Of a stretch of 64,000 nucleotides of DNA, positions 52,738 to 64,000 are shown piece by piece; the first letter of the stretch is position 1, and each line of letters starts with the position of its first letter. Origin of the DNA: Octopus vulgaris (Eukaryota); the NCBI GenBank assembly GCA_951406725.2, contig OX597824.1, positions 3,968,001-4,032,000 on the forward strand, in the 5' to 3' direction. A model generated the notes under the pieces. That model did not search any database. It saw only the letters and a program-made list of their open reading frames with translations, and was not told where the DNA came from. The position numbers and the translations under genes are program-made.

Positions 52738-52867
52738 ATAAGACTTTCAAATTTCCCCTTTCATTTATTTTGTTTCCTTTATTCTGTATTTTGTATTCCA
52801 TGTAATATACACATTGAGCCTTCTTAGTTTACCTGCCTTTCTACTACTATACATGTATATATGTAAA

Positions 52868-52899
<32 letters not shown>

Positions 52900-52984
52900 C
52901 ATACATATGGGATATATACACATATATACACATATGAGATATATACATATATACACACATGGGATATATATACATATATATGGC

Positions 52985-53230
52985 CCCCGTGCTGGTGGCA
53001 AGTAAAAAGCACAATCCAAACGTAATCGATGCCAGGCCCGCTTGACTGGCTCCTGTGCTGGTGGCACATAAAAAGCACCCACTACACTCTGAGTGGTTGG
53101 TGTTAGGAAGGTCATCCAGCTGTAGAAACATTGCCAGATCAGATTGGAGAATGGTGCAACCGCTGGCTCTCCAGACTTCAGTCAAACCGTACAGCCCGTG
53201 TAAAACGGACGTTAAACAATGCTGCTGCTG
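52985..53230 (+). mobile_element. RTE 3'UTR-derived repeat
   Basis: Tail homology. Confidence 0.75.
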
Positions 53231-53494
53231 ATATATATATATTTATATAGAGAGATAAATAGATAATGAATAGAGATATATATACATACATATATATATA
53301 TATAGCAAAAATGCACAAGAGTAAGGTTAAAAAGCAAACAGTGTATTTGGTTGATACTCAGGAAAACTGGAAGTAAATTTTAATGTTTTGAGCAAATGTT
53401 CGAAAAGAATAGATGAATATAGAAAGAATAGATGAAGAGGGGAAATGTTAGAGGGAAAAGAACAAAGGTATCACAGACTGTCACCACATGTTGA

Positions 53495-53526
<32 letters not shown>

Positions 53527-53682
53527 CTTTATTTTAAGCAGCAGAAAATTCAACAAAATCTGTTACTCTGAGTTTCTCGTTGCCGTTCATCAGACAGTTT
53601 TTGAGCAAAAACTGTCTGATGAACGGCAACGAGAAACTCAGAGTAACAGATTTTGTTGAATTTTCTGCTGCTTAAAATAAAG
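53527..53682. repeat. Perfect inverted repeat, 77-bp arms, 2-nt spacer
   Basis: 53527-53603 is the exact reverse complement of 53606-53682. Confidence 0.95.
53612..53649 (+). ncRNA. Minimal type I hammerhead motif (mirror copy on the minus strand at 53560-53597)
   Basis: CTGT CTGATGA ACG gcaa CGA GAA ACTC a GAGT A ACAG. Stem I CUGU/ACAG, near-palindromic stem III, GUA triplet. Confidence 0.7.
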
Positions 53683-53829
53683 CATATTACTCTACCACTG
53701 GTATTTGAGTACTCTTTTTTCCACCTTGTTTCACATTTATGTGTTTACTCCGGTATATATATATATATATATTTATTTATATATATACATATAGATATAC
53801 TGTCCCTTTATACGTTTTCTCTTTATTTT

Positions 53830-54006
53830 ACATGCATTTGTTTCTCTCCTTGTTTCTTTTCTGTGTGTCTTTCTGTCGAAGAGCATAGGCTCGAAACGTA
53901 AAAGACTTTTTCTATTTCTATTCCTGAGCGCCATACTAATACATTTGTTTGTTTGTACTCCACCTGCCTTCGTCTTTTGTTTATTTTCGTAAACCTTTCC
54001 CCGTTA
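53830..54006 (+). mobile_element. Short hammerhead-bearing element, A6U family
   Basis: 53867-53906: GTCTTT CTGTCGA A GAGC atag GCTC GAA ACGT A AAAGAC. Ends in a (TA)-rich tract. Confidence 0.7.
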
Positions 54007-54142
54007 CATATATATGTATATATATGCATACATATATTTATATGGAAAGATAAATACATGGACAGCCGTGTGTCATCATCATCATCATCATCATCATCAT
54101 CGTTTAATGTCCATTTTCCACGCTAGCACGGGTTGGACAGTA

Positions 54143-54181
<39 letters not shown>

Positions 54182-54799
54182 CATGATTGAATATGCATAT
54201 TAATATGTGAATGTGTGTGTGTGCAAGTATGGATGTGTGTGTCGCTTGGTGCAGGTTCATCAAAGGGAAGTGGTGGGGGAGGAGGAGGAGGATTGTGAGT
54301 GGCTGTCACATGATAGCATGAACACACATGTTGTTGCCTTATCTAATCTGAGCACTTCAAGAGAAAGAAGGACCTCAACAGCCCTTACACTAAGGAGTAT
54401 GTGGAGGGTGAGGTGGTCGGTTATGATGTCAAGGGGGCAGTCCTGTGTGATGATGGTGGTGGCGGTGGGGGTGGTAGAGGTTTGGGTTGTTAGCAGGATG
54501 AATTTGAATTCTGAACTATAAACATAAAAACATAAAGGGGTGGGGGTGATGCCAGCAAGCGGGTGAGGGTAGGGAGGTGGAGTCGAGTTGACCTCAGCTG
54601 GGATAACAAAACAGAAGGGAAGGGTTTATTGTCCTTTGTTGTTTTTTCTTAATGTGGAGGGCTTGCATCAGAGCTTCTCTCTGCTGAATATCTGTGTGTG
54701 TTTGTGTCCCTGTATACATATGGATGTTAATGCATGCTTGTACAGGCAGGGCTATTAAATGTCTGGCTATCTTTCTATAGCATCTACAGATCTAGTTTT

Positions 54800-55260
54800 C
54801 TTTTTTATCTATCTCTCTGTCTACCTATCTGTCTGTCTGTAAGTCTCTCTCTCTCTCTCAGTCTCTTTCTCTCTCACTCCCTCACTATCTATCTAGCAAT
54901 CTATCAGTCTGTCTGTGTTAGTTCGTCTGTCTGTCTGTCTATCTGTCTCTCTGTCTCTCTGTCTGTCTCTCACTCCCTCCTTATCTCTCTATCACTCTAT
55001 CAGTCTGTGTGTATCAATCTGTCTATGTGTCAGTTCGTCTGTCTATCTGTCTCTTTCTCTCACTCTGTCTGTCTCTGTCTTGCTCTCAGTGTGTCAGTCT
55101 GTCTGCCTCTCTCTCTCTCTCTCACTCTTTCCCCCTCATTTCCTCTCTCTCTCTCTATCACTCTATCAGTCTGTCTGTGTCAGTTCGTCTGTCCAGCTGT
55201 CTCTCTCTCTCTCTGCCTTGCTGTCAGTGTGTCAGTCTGTTTGCCTCCCCCCCCTATTTG
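54800..55260. repeat. (CT/GT) compound microsatellite with internal block duplications
   Basis: Recurrent CTCTATCAGTCTGT and CAGTTCGTCTGTC blocks. Confidence 0.85.
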
Positions 55261-55789
55261 CCTGACCCTTATCTTTCGTCCCTTCTCCTATACACACTGA
55301 CTTCATTTGTTCTACATGTTTCAACATCTCATAATATCTTCTTTATATTTAATGATTTTCCCCAACATTTTGCTTCTCATAAAACAGAATGTTTTTATTT
55401 GTTGTTGTTGCATCATTACAAATAATATTCACCAACAAAAAAACTTTCTGGAATTCTCTTCATGATTTCTTTCACTTTCTTTATTGTTCTTGTGGTAGGA
55501 AGTTCTTTCAACCATATTACCAATTTCTTCATAGTCATGAAATTCATTTAAATCAATTTCACAATTTTATATTTTATTTAATTTATTTAATTCTCTGATT
55601 TCTTCAGTTTTTAAGTGTAATGAGTTCTTCCCTTAATAACCCTTATTTCATTTCATAAATTATGTCCTCTCTTACTTTTTCTCGTGCCAATTATTTAAAA
55701 GTTTTTATGTTTTAAATTTTACGCATCCGAAAGTATCACTTTGTGCCAGTTTATTTTATTTTTAAGCAAACCAAAACTGTCTTTTATTT

Positions 55790-56100
55790 TTCATCGTTTA
55801 ATGTCCGCTTTCCTTGGTTTGGATGATTTGACTGAGGACTGGTGGACCAGATGACTGCACCAGGCTCCAATCTGATCTGGCAGAGTTTCTACCGCTGGAT
55901 GCCCTTCCTAACACCAACCACTCCAAGAATGTAGTGGGTGCTTTTACATGCTACTGGCAACGACCTTGCTCGAATCTTTTTACACATGTCACCAGCACAG
56001 GTGCCAGTAAGGTGATGCTGTAACGATCATGCTTGAAGGGTGCCTTTTATGTGCCACCGGCACAGAAGCCAGTTAGCCGCTCAGGCTGGTTAGCCGCTCT
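55790..56100 (-). mobile_element. RTE 3'UTR-derived repeat
   Basis: Tail homology. Confidence 0.75.
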
Positions 56101-56772
56101 GGTTTGATTGTATGAAAAAAGTATTTTGCATGCTTTTGTGAAATCCAATTGTTTCCTTTGCAGTGGATTTGCTCATAATGCAAGGTCACTAAAAATGCCC
56201 ATTTATATAAGCCAAGGGATCATATAAATGCCTTGTTTGTTAATAATAATGTGACAAAACTTCTTTGGAGAAATCCTCAAATCATGGCTTGAAAATACAT
56301 GGTTTCACTTTAAACTGCATCTGGTTGTGGGGCCCTGATATGGGAGTTCTTGGGTCTTGAGGACCTTAAAATTCTAAATGTGGAACCCTGTCTTAGTCAT
56401 TATTGTTCCCTGGCATGTACTAACTACAGCAATACATATTTTAAAATTACAACGATACAGAGAAGATTATTGTTCCCAGGTATACTCTGACTCAGAGAAG
56501 TAACACCTGTTGGAGTCCCAGCTCTGGGTTAATGTTAACCATTGAGACTGAAGCACCCCAAGTTCTCATTTGAACTTCTTTCTCGGAAAAGAAAAATTCC
56601 TGTATAAAACCTTAAGTGCAGTTGGTTTCTGGTCACCTCAGCCTCTGTTGTTTTGCCACTGGTTTTAGAGCTGGAGGCACTGAAATGTGGGTTCATTGCT
56701 GTGCAACACTTTATCCATTCAAAACAAATTTATGCACAAGAACTTCTTGGGGTCTTGGAATATTTGCATGGA

Positions 56773-57142
56773 TGGCGAGCTGGCAGAATTGTTAGTGCAC
56801 TGGGTGAAATGCTTAGTGGCATTAAATAAGTGAAATGCTTAGGGTCAATTAAATAAGTACTAGTTATGCACTGGAGTCGATATAATCGACTTAATCCATT
56901 TGTATGTCCTTGTTTGTCCTCTCTGTGTTTAGCCCCTTGTGGGTAGTAAAGAAATAGGTATTTCGCCTATTGCTGTGTTCTGAGTTCAAATTCCATCAAG
57001 GTCGACTTTGCCTTTCATCCTTTTGGGGTCGATAAATTAAGTACCAGTTACGTACTGGGTCAATGTAATAAACTTAATCCCTTTGTCTGTCCTTGTTCAT
57101 CCCCTCTTTGTTTAGCCCCTTGTGGGCAATGAAGAAAGAAAT
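56773..57142 (+). mobile_element. SINE family C with duplicated 3' module
   Basis: Tail ..TTTAGCCCCTTGTGGG occurs twice, at about 56845-56957 and 57030-57142. Confidence 0.75.
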
Positions 57143-58295
57143 ATTTGCATGGACTTACTGTGTTTAAGAAGTGGTCTTGGTCACAAGTTGATTTCCACCA
57201 GCACAAGACGACCAACATAACTAGAAATACGCAGCTTTATTTTGGCAATTTCAATAAATAATTTTGCTGTTATTATTTCAAACTGCAACTAACATTTGTT
57301 GGACTGAGGGAAAATATCAGACAATATTGTCAAAAAATAAAAAAGTGTATTGAAATGACCTGTTTCATTGATTTCATTTATAACAAAATCTAAAAAAAAA
57401 TTGTAATTGATGATTCTAACAATGCCAAATTACGATGTCTGGAAAGTCTTGAATTATTCTCATTACAAAAATTCCAGATTTTTGTCCAAACATGATATTC
57501 GTTCCGCTAAAGCAAAATCTGATGAAAGTATTTAAAAAATTTTTTGAAATATTGTGTCAAACTTTGCATCATTTAACATTCGTCATAACACATTCTGAAT
57601 ACTTCTGCTGTTGTTGCTTCTAATTCTACCAAATAAAGAAACATTGTTGGTGAACAATCATCTAATTCTCATTTAAAAAATAAAAACATAAAATGCAAAT
57701 ACAGATTTCCTTAAAATTAATGAAGCTACATCAATAACAATACATATTTTTTTTTCAAAATTTGTTTTCAATAATTTTTACAGAAAATTTCATTTATTGA
57801 TCATAATTCAGTAATATATTCTTTAAACACGACTTTCAGAAAATCATGAAAGCTAGCAGCACCCTAAGTTTCTTCTAGTTGGAATTTGGAGTTTCACTTC
57901 TCCATGTCTCAGAACAATTTGTTCCTTTTTTACTTAAACTATTTTCAAAATTTTACTGGCAATTTTCATATCATTTTATTAATATTATCAAAAGTTGTAT
58001 GAAAAGTTTGTTTTTATTTTCATCTTTTTTGTGTGTTTTTCTTTTATTAATTTAATATACTTACAACATTTATATGTGGATTTGATTTAGAAAGTTCTTT
58101 GGCAGTCTTTAACAATGAACCTTGTGGAACTATTTCCTCAAGCCCCCTCCCCCCCAGTCAAGCAGTATTTTTTTCATTCAAATAAAATATGAAAAGTTAA
58201 AACACAAAAGATTCTCCATTGTATCTTATTCTCAAAGAACAGCAAACCATTTTGTTGTTTTTTGTAGCTGTTAACAGTTAATCCCCATTGTGTTT

Positions 58296-58632
58296 CATGG
58301 CTCTGTGGTGAAAGATGTCACTCCAGAGCCACATCATTTTGGGTTCAATCCCACTGCATGGCATCTTGGACAAGTGTCCTCTATTGTAGCTCCAGGCTGA
58401 CCAAAGCCTTAAAAGTGAATTTGGTAGATGGAAACTGAAAGAAACCTGTCGTATATATATGCATGAGTGTGTGTGCATATGTATGTATGTAGTATGGTGT
58501 GGTTGTGTGATAGGAAGCTTGCTTCCCAACCACATAGTCCTGGGTTCAGTTCTACTGTGTGGCACCTTGACCAAGTGTCTTCTACTATAGCCTTGTGAGT
58601 GGATTTGGTAGACAGAAACTGGAAGAAGCCTG
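58296..58632 (+). mobile_element. Two tandem SINE family-A heads
   Basis: Heads at about 58296-58450 and 58499-58632. Confidence 0.75.
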
Positions 58633-58657
58633 TCTAGGAAAAGCCCCAGGCCCATCA

Positions 58658-60525
58658 AGAATCCCTGCTGAGATGCTTAAAACGTCTGGTGGTGTGGTCT
58701 ATGGCCTAGTTACCGCATTGTAAACCAAGTTGTTCATAATGGAGTCATACCCAATGACTGGCATAGCAGCACCATAGTCAACTGCTACAAGAGTAAAGGT
58801 GATGCTCTAGACAGAAATAACTACAGGGGTATTAAACTACTGGATCAGGTGATGAAGGTCACAGAGAGGGCCATAGCCCAACTAATTAGGGAGGGAGTCT
58901 GTTTAGATGAGATGCAGTTATGTTTTTGTTCCAGGTAGAAGCACCACTGATGCCATATTCCTGGTTCGACAACTGTAGGAGAAATACTTAGCTAAAGATA
59001 AATCCCTATACTTTTGGGAACTCGGAGAAAGCCTTTGACAGGGTCCCCCGATCACTTATCTTGTGGGCGATGCGGAAACTGGAGATTGACGAATGGATAA
59101 TAAGGGCTGTACAGGCCCTATACAAAGGAGCCGTCAGCAAGGTTAGGATTGGTAATGAATACAGTGAAGCATTCCAGGTAGAAGTTGGTGTCCACCAAGG
59201 CTCAGCCCTCACTCCCCTTTTATTCATCATAGTCCTCATAGCAGAGGACCTCATAGCAGAGGACCTCATAGCAGAATCACTACCAAAACTAGAGAAGAAA
59301 TTTCGGATGTCAAAGCTAGGTTTAGAATCAAAAGGCCTTAGAGTCAATGTAGCAAAGACCAAAGTTCTAGTAAGTAGGAAGGCAAACTGACCACACACCC
59401 CTTCAGGTAGGTAGCCCTGCTCGATCTGTAGAAAAGGTGTAGGTAGAAACTCCATAAGATGTACCCATGTAAGCTATGGACGCATAAGAGGTGCAGCAAC
59501 ATCAAAGGAAAATTAACCGAGAAGATAGCTTTCGTGTGCAACAGATGCACAGGGTCAATAGACACCATTGATACTCAGGAAACAGATTCCATTACACTCC
59601 TGGGGAAGAAACTATCAGTAGTTGATAGTTTCCACTACCTATGTGACCAAGTTAGTAGCAGGGGTGGATGCTCAGAGAGTGTTTCTACTAGAATAAGAAT
59701 AGCCTGCTCAGAGTGAAAGGTAGAATGTACAAAGCATGTGTGCAAACTGCCATGCTTCACAGCAGTGAAACATGGGCTGTGACTGCGGAGGACATGCGTA
59801 GGCTTGAAAGAAATGAAGCTAGCAAGATTCGCTGGATGTGTAATGTCAGTGTTCATGCACGACAGAGTGTAAGCACCCTGAGAGAAATGTTGGACATAAG
59901 AAGCATCAGATGTGGTGTGCAAGAGAGATGTCTGCGCTGGTATGGTCATGTACTGCAGATGGATGAGGAGAGATGTGTGAAGAAGTGCCACTCCCAAACA
60001 GTTGAAGGAATCCAGGGTAGAGGTAGACCCAGGAAAACATGGGACGAGTTAGTCAAGCATGACCTTCGTACGTTGAGCCTCACAGAGGCTATGACGAAAG
60101 ACTGAGACCTCTGGAGATATGCTGTGACTGTGAAGATCCGACAAATGAAGTGAGTTCATGGCTCGCAGGATGGCCTGCTGTGCTAACCTTGGATCGTAGA
60201 GTCACCCCAAATGGAAATTGTAGTTAAGATACCCATGCCGGTGACACGTAAAAAGCACCATCCGAACGTGGCAAATGCCAGTGCCACCTGACTGGTGTCC
60301 GTGTTGGTGACATGCCAGCCTGCTCTGGCCCCTGTGCCGGTGGCACGTAAAAAGCACCTACTACACTCACAGAGTGGTTGATGTTAGGAAGGGCATCCAG
60401 CTGTAGAAACACTGCAAAATCAGACTAGAGCCTGGTGCAGCCTCCATGGCTTCCAGACCCCAGTTGAACCATCCAACCCATGCTAGCATGAAAAACGGAC
60501 GTTAAACGATGATGATGATGATGAT
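58658..60525 (+). mobile_element. Decayed RTE-clade LINE (RT region to 3' tail)
   Basis: NYRGIKLL, EKAFDRVP, VGVHQGSALTPLLF, GLRVNVAKTK, WYGHV, RGRPRKTW. The YADD segment is deleted and replaced by a repeated 15-mer. (GAT)n tail. Confidence 0.85.
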
Positions 60526-60544
60526 ATATATATATATCCTTCTT

Positions 60545-61227
60545 GGCGTTAGGAAGGGCATCCAGCTGTAGAAACATTGCCAGATAAGACCGGAGCCTGG
60601 TGCAACCTTCTGGCTTCCCAGATCCCCAGTTGAACCGTCCAACCCATGCTAGCATGAAAAACGGACGTTAAACGATGATGATGATGATGATATATATATA
60701 TATATATATATGGTGTATATATATATATAAGCACCCTTCAGTTGTTGGGTGATATGCCATGCTTGTGAAGACCTGTTGAACCAAGCGAAATTGTAGTCAT
60801 GGCTGATGCCAGTGGCACCTGACTGGCACTCGTGCTGGTGGCACATAAAAAGCACCATTCAAACATGGCTGGTGCCAGTGCTGCTTCAGTGGCACCTGTG
60901 CCAGTGGCATATAAAAAGCACCATTTGAGTGTGGCTGATGCCAGTGGCACCTGACTGGCAATCGTGCTGGTGGCACATAAAAAACACTATTCAAGCGTGG
61001 CCAATGCCAGTATCTGTGGCATGTATAAAGTACAATTTGAGTGTGACAGATGCCAGTGCGGCCTGACTGGCTCCCATGCCGGTGGCATGTATGAAGCACC
61101 CTTTACACTCTGAGTGGTTGGCGTTAGGATGGGCAGCAAGCTGTAGGAACCATGCTATATCAGACTGAAGCCTGGTGCAGCCTCCTGGCTTGTCAGCATG
61201 GAAAGTGGACGTTAAACAATGATGATC
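60545..61227 (+). mobile_element. Additional RTE 3'UTR copies with tandemly amplified subunit
   Basis: Tail copies at 60545-60690 and 61080-61227. The repeated unit GTGGCAC.TAAAAAGCACCATT..GATGCCAGTG lies between them. Confidence 0.75.
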
Positions 61228-61926
61228 CTTATATACACATTTATACACACACACACACACTATACACTGACAGATACATACATGCATGTATGATTATAAA
61301 ACTCATGGTTACACATAAATAAACAAAAATATTATGAATACTTTTAGACTTGCATAAATATAAACAAATATCCACAAATACATATCTGCATGTATATATA
61401 TATATATACATACACATATATGAGTTAGAAGTGAGACAACCATCTAAGGGATAATAAATATCCAATATACTACTGGAGGGATACCTATTTTGTTTATTCA
61501 TTTATTCCTCCGATTGTAATAAATAGATCTTGCTGATGTCAATTGAATCTCTTCTCCTTTTTCTTCCTTGCCTTCTATATATATATACATACATATAAAC
61601 GGCAATATGTTACAATAAAGGAAAACTATTGTGACAGTTATATAGGAATACACATACACATAAGTAGGAATATATGTACATATATGGAAATACAAACAAA
61701 CACATACAGAGAATGAGAGAGAGAGAGAGAGGTAGGGGAGGGACGTTGGAGATTGAAGTCATAATTAGTACTTAGTTATTTAGTACATTCTCAGAACAAG
61801 GTTAGATTCGGTAAATATAAGAGAATATCTCTCGAATGAATACTGGACATTTGTTAATGGTGTCCATTGAATGGGCAACACACATTCACAAGCACAACAC
61901 GCACACACACACACTATACATTCACA

Positions 61927-61970
<44 letters not shown>

Positions 61971-62739
61971 TAGACAAACACATACATGCATATTTACTTG
62001 TGTGTTGTGCATATATGTACGTGTACGTATATGTTTAGACATCAGAGTGAACGTTAGGTATGGATCTAATACACACTTGACACACACACATGCAAATATG
62101 TGCACATACACACGTACACATCTGTTTCTGTATGTGTGCATGTATACATACATACCTCTTTTCCTGTATATAAATGTTTGTGTGTACATACATATATAAA
62201 CACACACACACACGCGTTGGGAGACTTAAATATGGATTCAGTGATTCAATAATCTTTTAAGCACACACACACACACACACATAGATATAAATATGTATAT
62301 ATGTATCAAGTATGTAGGAATGTGTATATACATATATATACACACATACATTCATACTTACACGCACACACACATATGAGTGTGCTTATATGTATGTATG
62401 TGTGTGTGTGTATACACTTCTCTAATAATACACATAGTCATACATTAATAGATATTTATTGTTGTCTTCTATAAAAACTACAAAGATGCACTTTACACAC
62501 CTACAGCAGGTGTGTTGTATACGCATTGCGATTGCTGAATATTATTAATAAATAGCATACAGGTCTACTGGTTTAATGTCGAGTGGTTATATACTGGTAC
62601 AAGTGTTGCAATGCAACCTTGGGCAAGACACTTAATTCTCAATTGTCCAGTTAGTCTTAACACATTTAATGTATCATGGACTGTTCAAGAATTAACTACA
62701 AATAATTATGTAGCATGAAGAAAGACAATATCAGTAAAT

Positions 62740-63210
62740 CATCATCATCATCATCATCATTTAACGTCCGCTTTCCATGCTAGCATGGGTTGGACGATTT
62801 GACTGAGGACTGGCGAACCAGATGGTTGCACCAGGCTCCAATCTGATCTGGCAGAGTTTCTACAGCTGGATGCCCTTCCTAACACCAACCACTCCAAGAG
62901 TGTAGTGGGTGCCTTTACGTGCCACCGGCATGAGGACCAGTTTGGTGGTACTGGCAATGGCCACCCTTAAATGGTGCTTTTTATGTACTACCTGAACAGG
63001 AGCCAGTCCTGCGGCACTGGCAATGACCTCGCTTGAATGTTTTTTCATGTGCCACCAGTAGAAGTGCTAGTAAGGCGACGCAGGTAATGATCACGCTTGA
63101 ATGGTGTTTTTAACGTGCCATCAGCATGGAGGCCAGCTTGTTGCTCTGGCAACGATCTGAGTCGTATGGTACTCTTAGTGCTCCACTAGCACGGATGCCA
63201 GTCATCAAAT
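62740..63210 (-). mobile_element. RTE 3'UTR-derived repeat with amplified subunit
   Basis: Tail homology. Confidence 0.75.
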
Positions 63211-63544
63211 TTGATTATTTGTCGGATTGGCGGACAAGATGCCTTAGTTATAAACATGGGTTGAATGGCTTCTTTGAAGCAGTGTTTTAAAGCCATTGAG
63301 ATCAACTTTGCCATTCATTCATGTGGGGGCTGATGAAATAAAGTACAGTCAAGTATTGGGATTAAATTGTCCCTAAAATATAATATCTTAATGCTAATGT
63401 TAGAAATGAAGATTATTTTAATTATTTCGGTAAACACAGGAAACAGTTCCAGACATGTTTCACTCTTACACTTGCACACACACATACACACAAACACACA
63501 CACAAACACAGAGTTTTACTCAATAATCTTATGAACTCAGCAAG

Positions 63545-63600
63545 TTACATAACTAGCAGTTTCATGTAAGTCTCCAAAAACCTACGCTCATCAGATCTTA
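63545..63600 (-). ncRNA. Type I hammerhead motif, canonical core, weakened stem I
   Basis: Minus strand: TAAGAT CTGATGA GCGTAGGTTT ttgg AGACTTACAT GAA ACT gct AGT T ATGTAA. Confidence 0.6.
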
Positions 63601-63749
63601 CTATTCAGATCTGATTTTTAGCAATGTGATGGTCAGCTGTATTTTAGTGAGCTAGATCCAGTTTACACATGAAGCATTTGTGAAAATTCTTTCTTTTAAA
63701 CGTGAACTTGTTAATTTTTTGCTGGATCTTGAAAGAGATCGATTTTTTT

Positions 63750-64000
63750 CTTTTATTCATTTCAGTCATTTGACTGTGGCCATGCTGGAGCATACCTTTA
63801 GTTGAACAGATCAATCTCAGGACTTATTCTTTGTAAACCTTGTACTTATTCTATCGGTCTCTTTTGCTGAATCACTAAGTTACAGGGACGTAAACACACC
63901 AGCAACAGTTGTAAAGCGATGTGGAGGGGGGTTGTACAATCACACACACACATACACAACAGGCTTCTTTCAGTTTCCACCTATCAAATCCACTCACAAG
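63750..64000 (-). mobile_element. SINE family A (runs off the window)
   Basis: Tail and body homology. Confidence 0.85.

Noticed and set aside
55320-58160. AT-rich tract possibly from a hAT transposase
   Set aside because: Only faint peptide resemblance, which cannot be supported without a search.
60800-61100. Repeat-spacer-like array resembling CRISPR
   Set aside because: Units are degenerate tandem copies of an RTE 3'UTR subunit in eukaryotic DNA, with no unique spacers or cas genes.

Overview
AT-rich, microsatellite-dense eukaryotic DNA. The repeat content (tRNA-derived SINEs, RTE and CR1-type LINEs) resembles a coleoid cephalopod such as Octopus, which is an inference. No host protein-coding exon can be supported, and almost all long ORFs are microsatellite artefacts. 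The window is a mosaic of at least five SINE families, an uninterrupted 5'-truncated CR1-type RT ORF (about 44.7-46.5 kb), RTE fragments, decayed Ty3/gypsy elements, non-autonomous Helitrons, a Helentron-type element and decayed DNA transposons. The main unexpected signal is about 11 minimal type I hammerhead-ribozyme motifs in about seven unrelated short elements, most of which end in (TA)n, (CA)n or (TG)n tracts, with some in inverted repeats (Penelope/retrozyme-like). These include non-canonical cores: a G3-C8 swap, U4C, and a recurrent A6U family. Other highlights are a SINE-LINE pair sharing a 3' stem-loop with compensatory changes, and a perfect heat-shock element plus TATA box with no recognisable HSP gene downstream. 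All RNA folds were parsed by eye.
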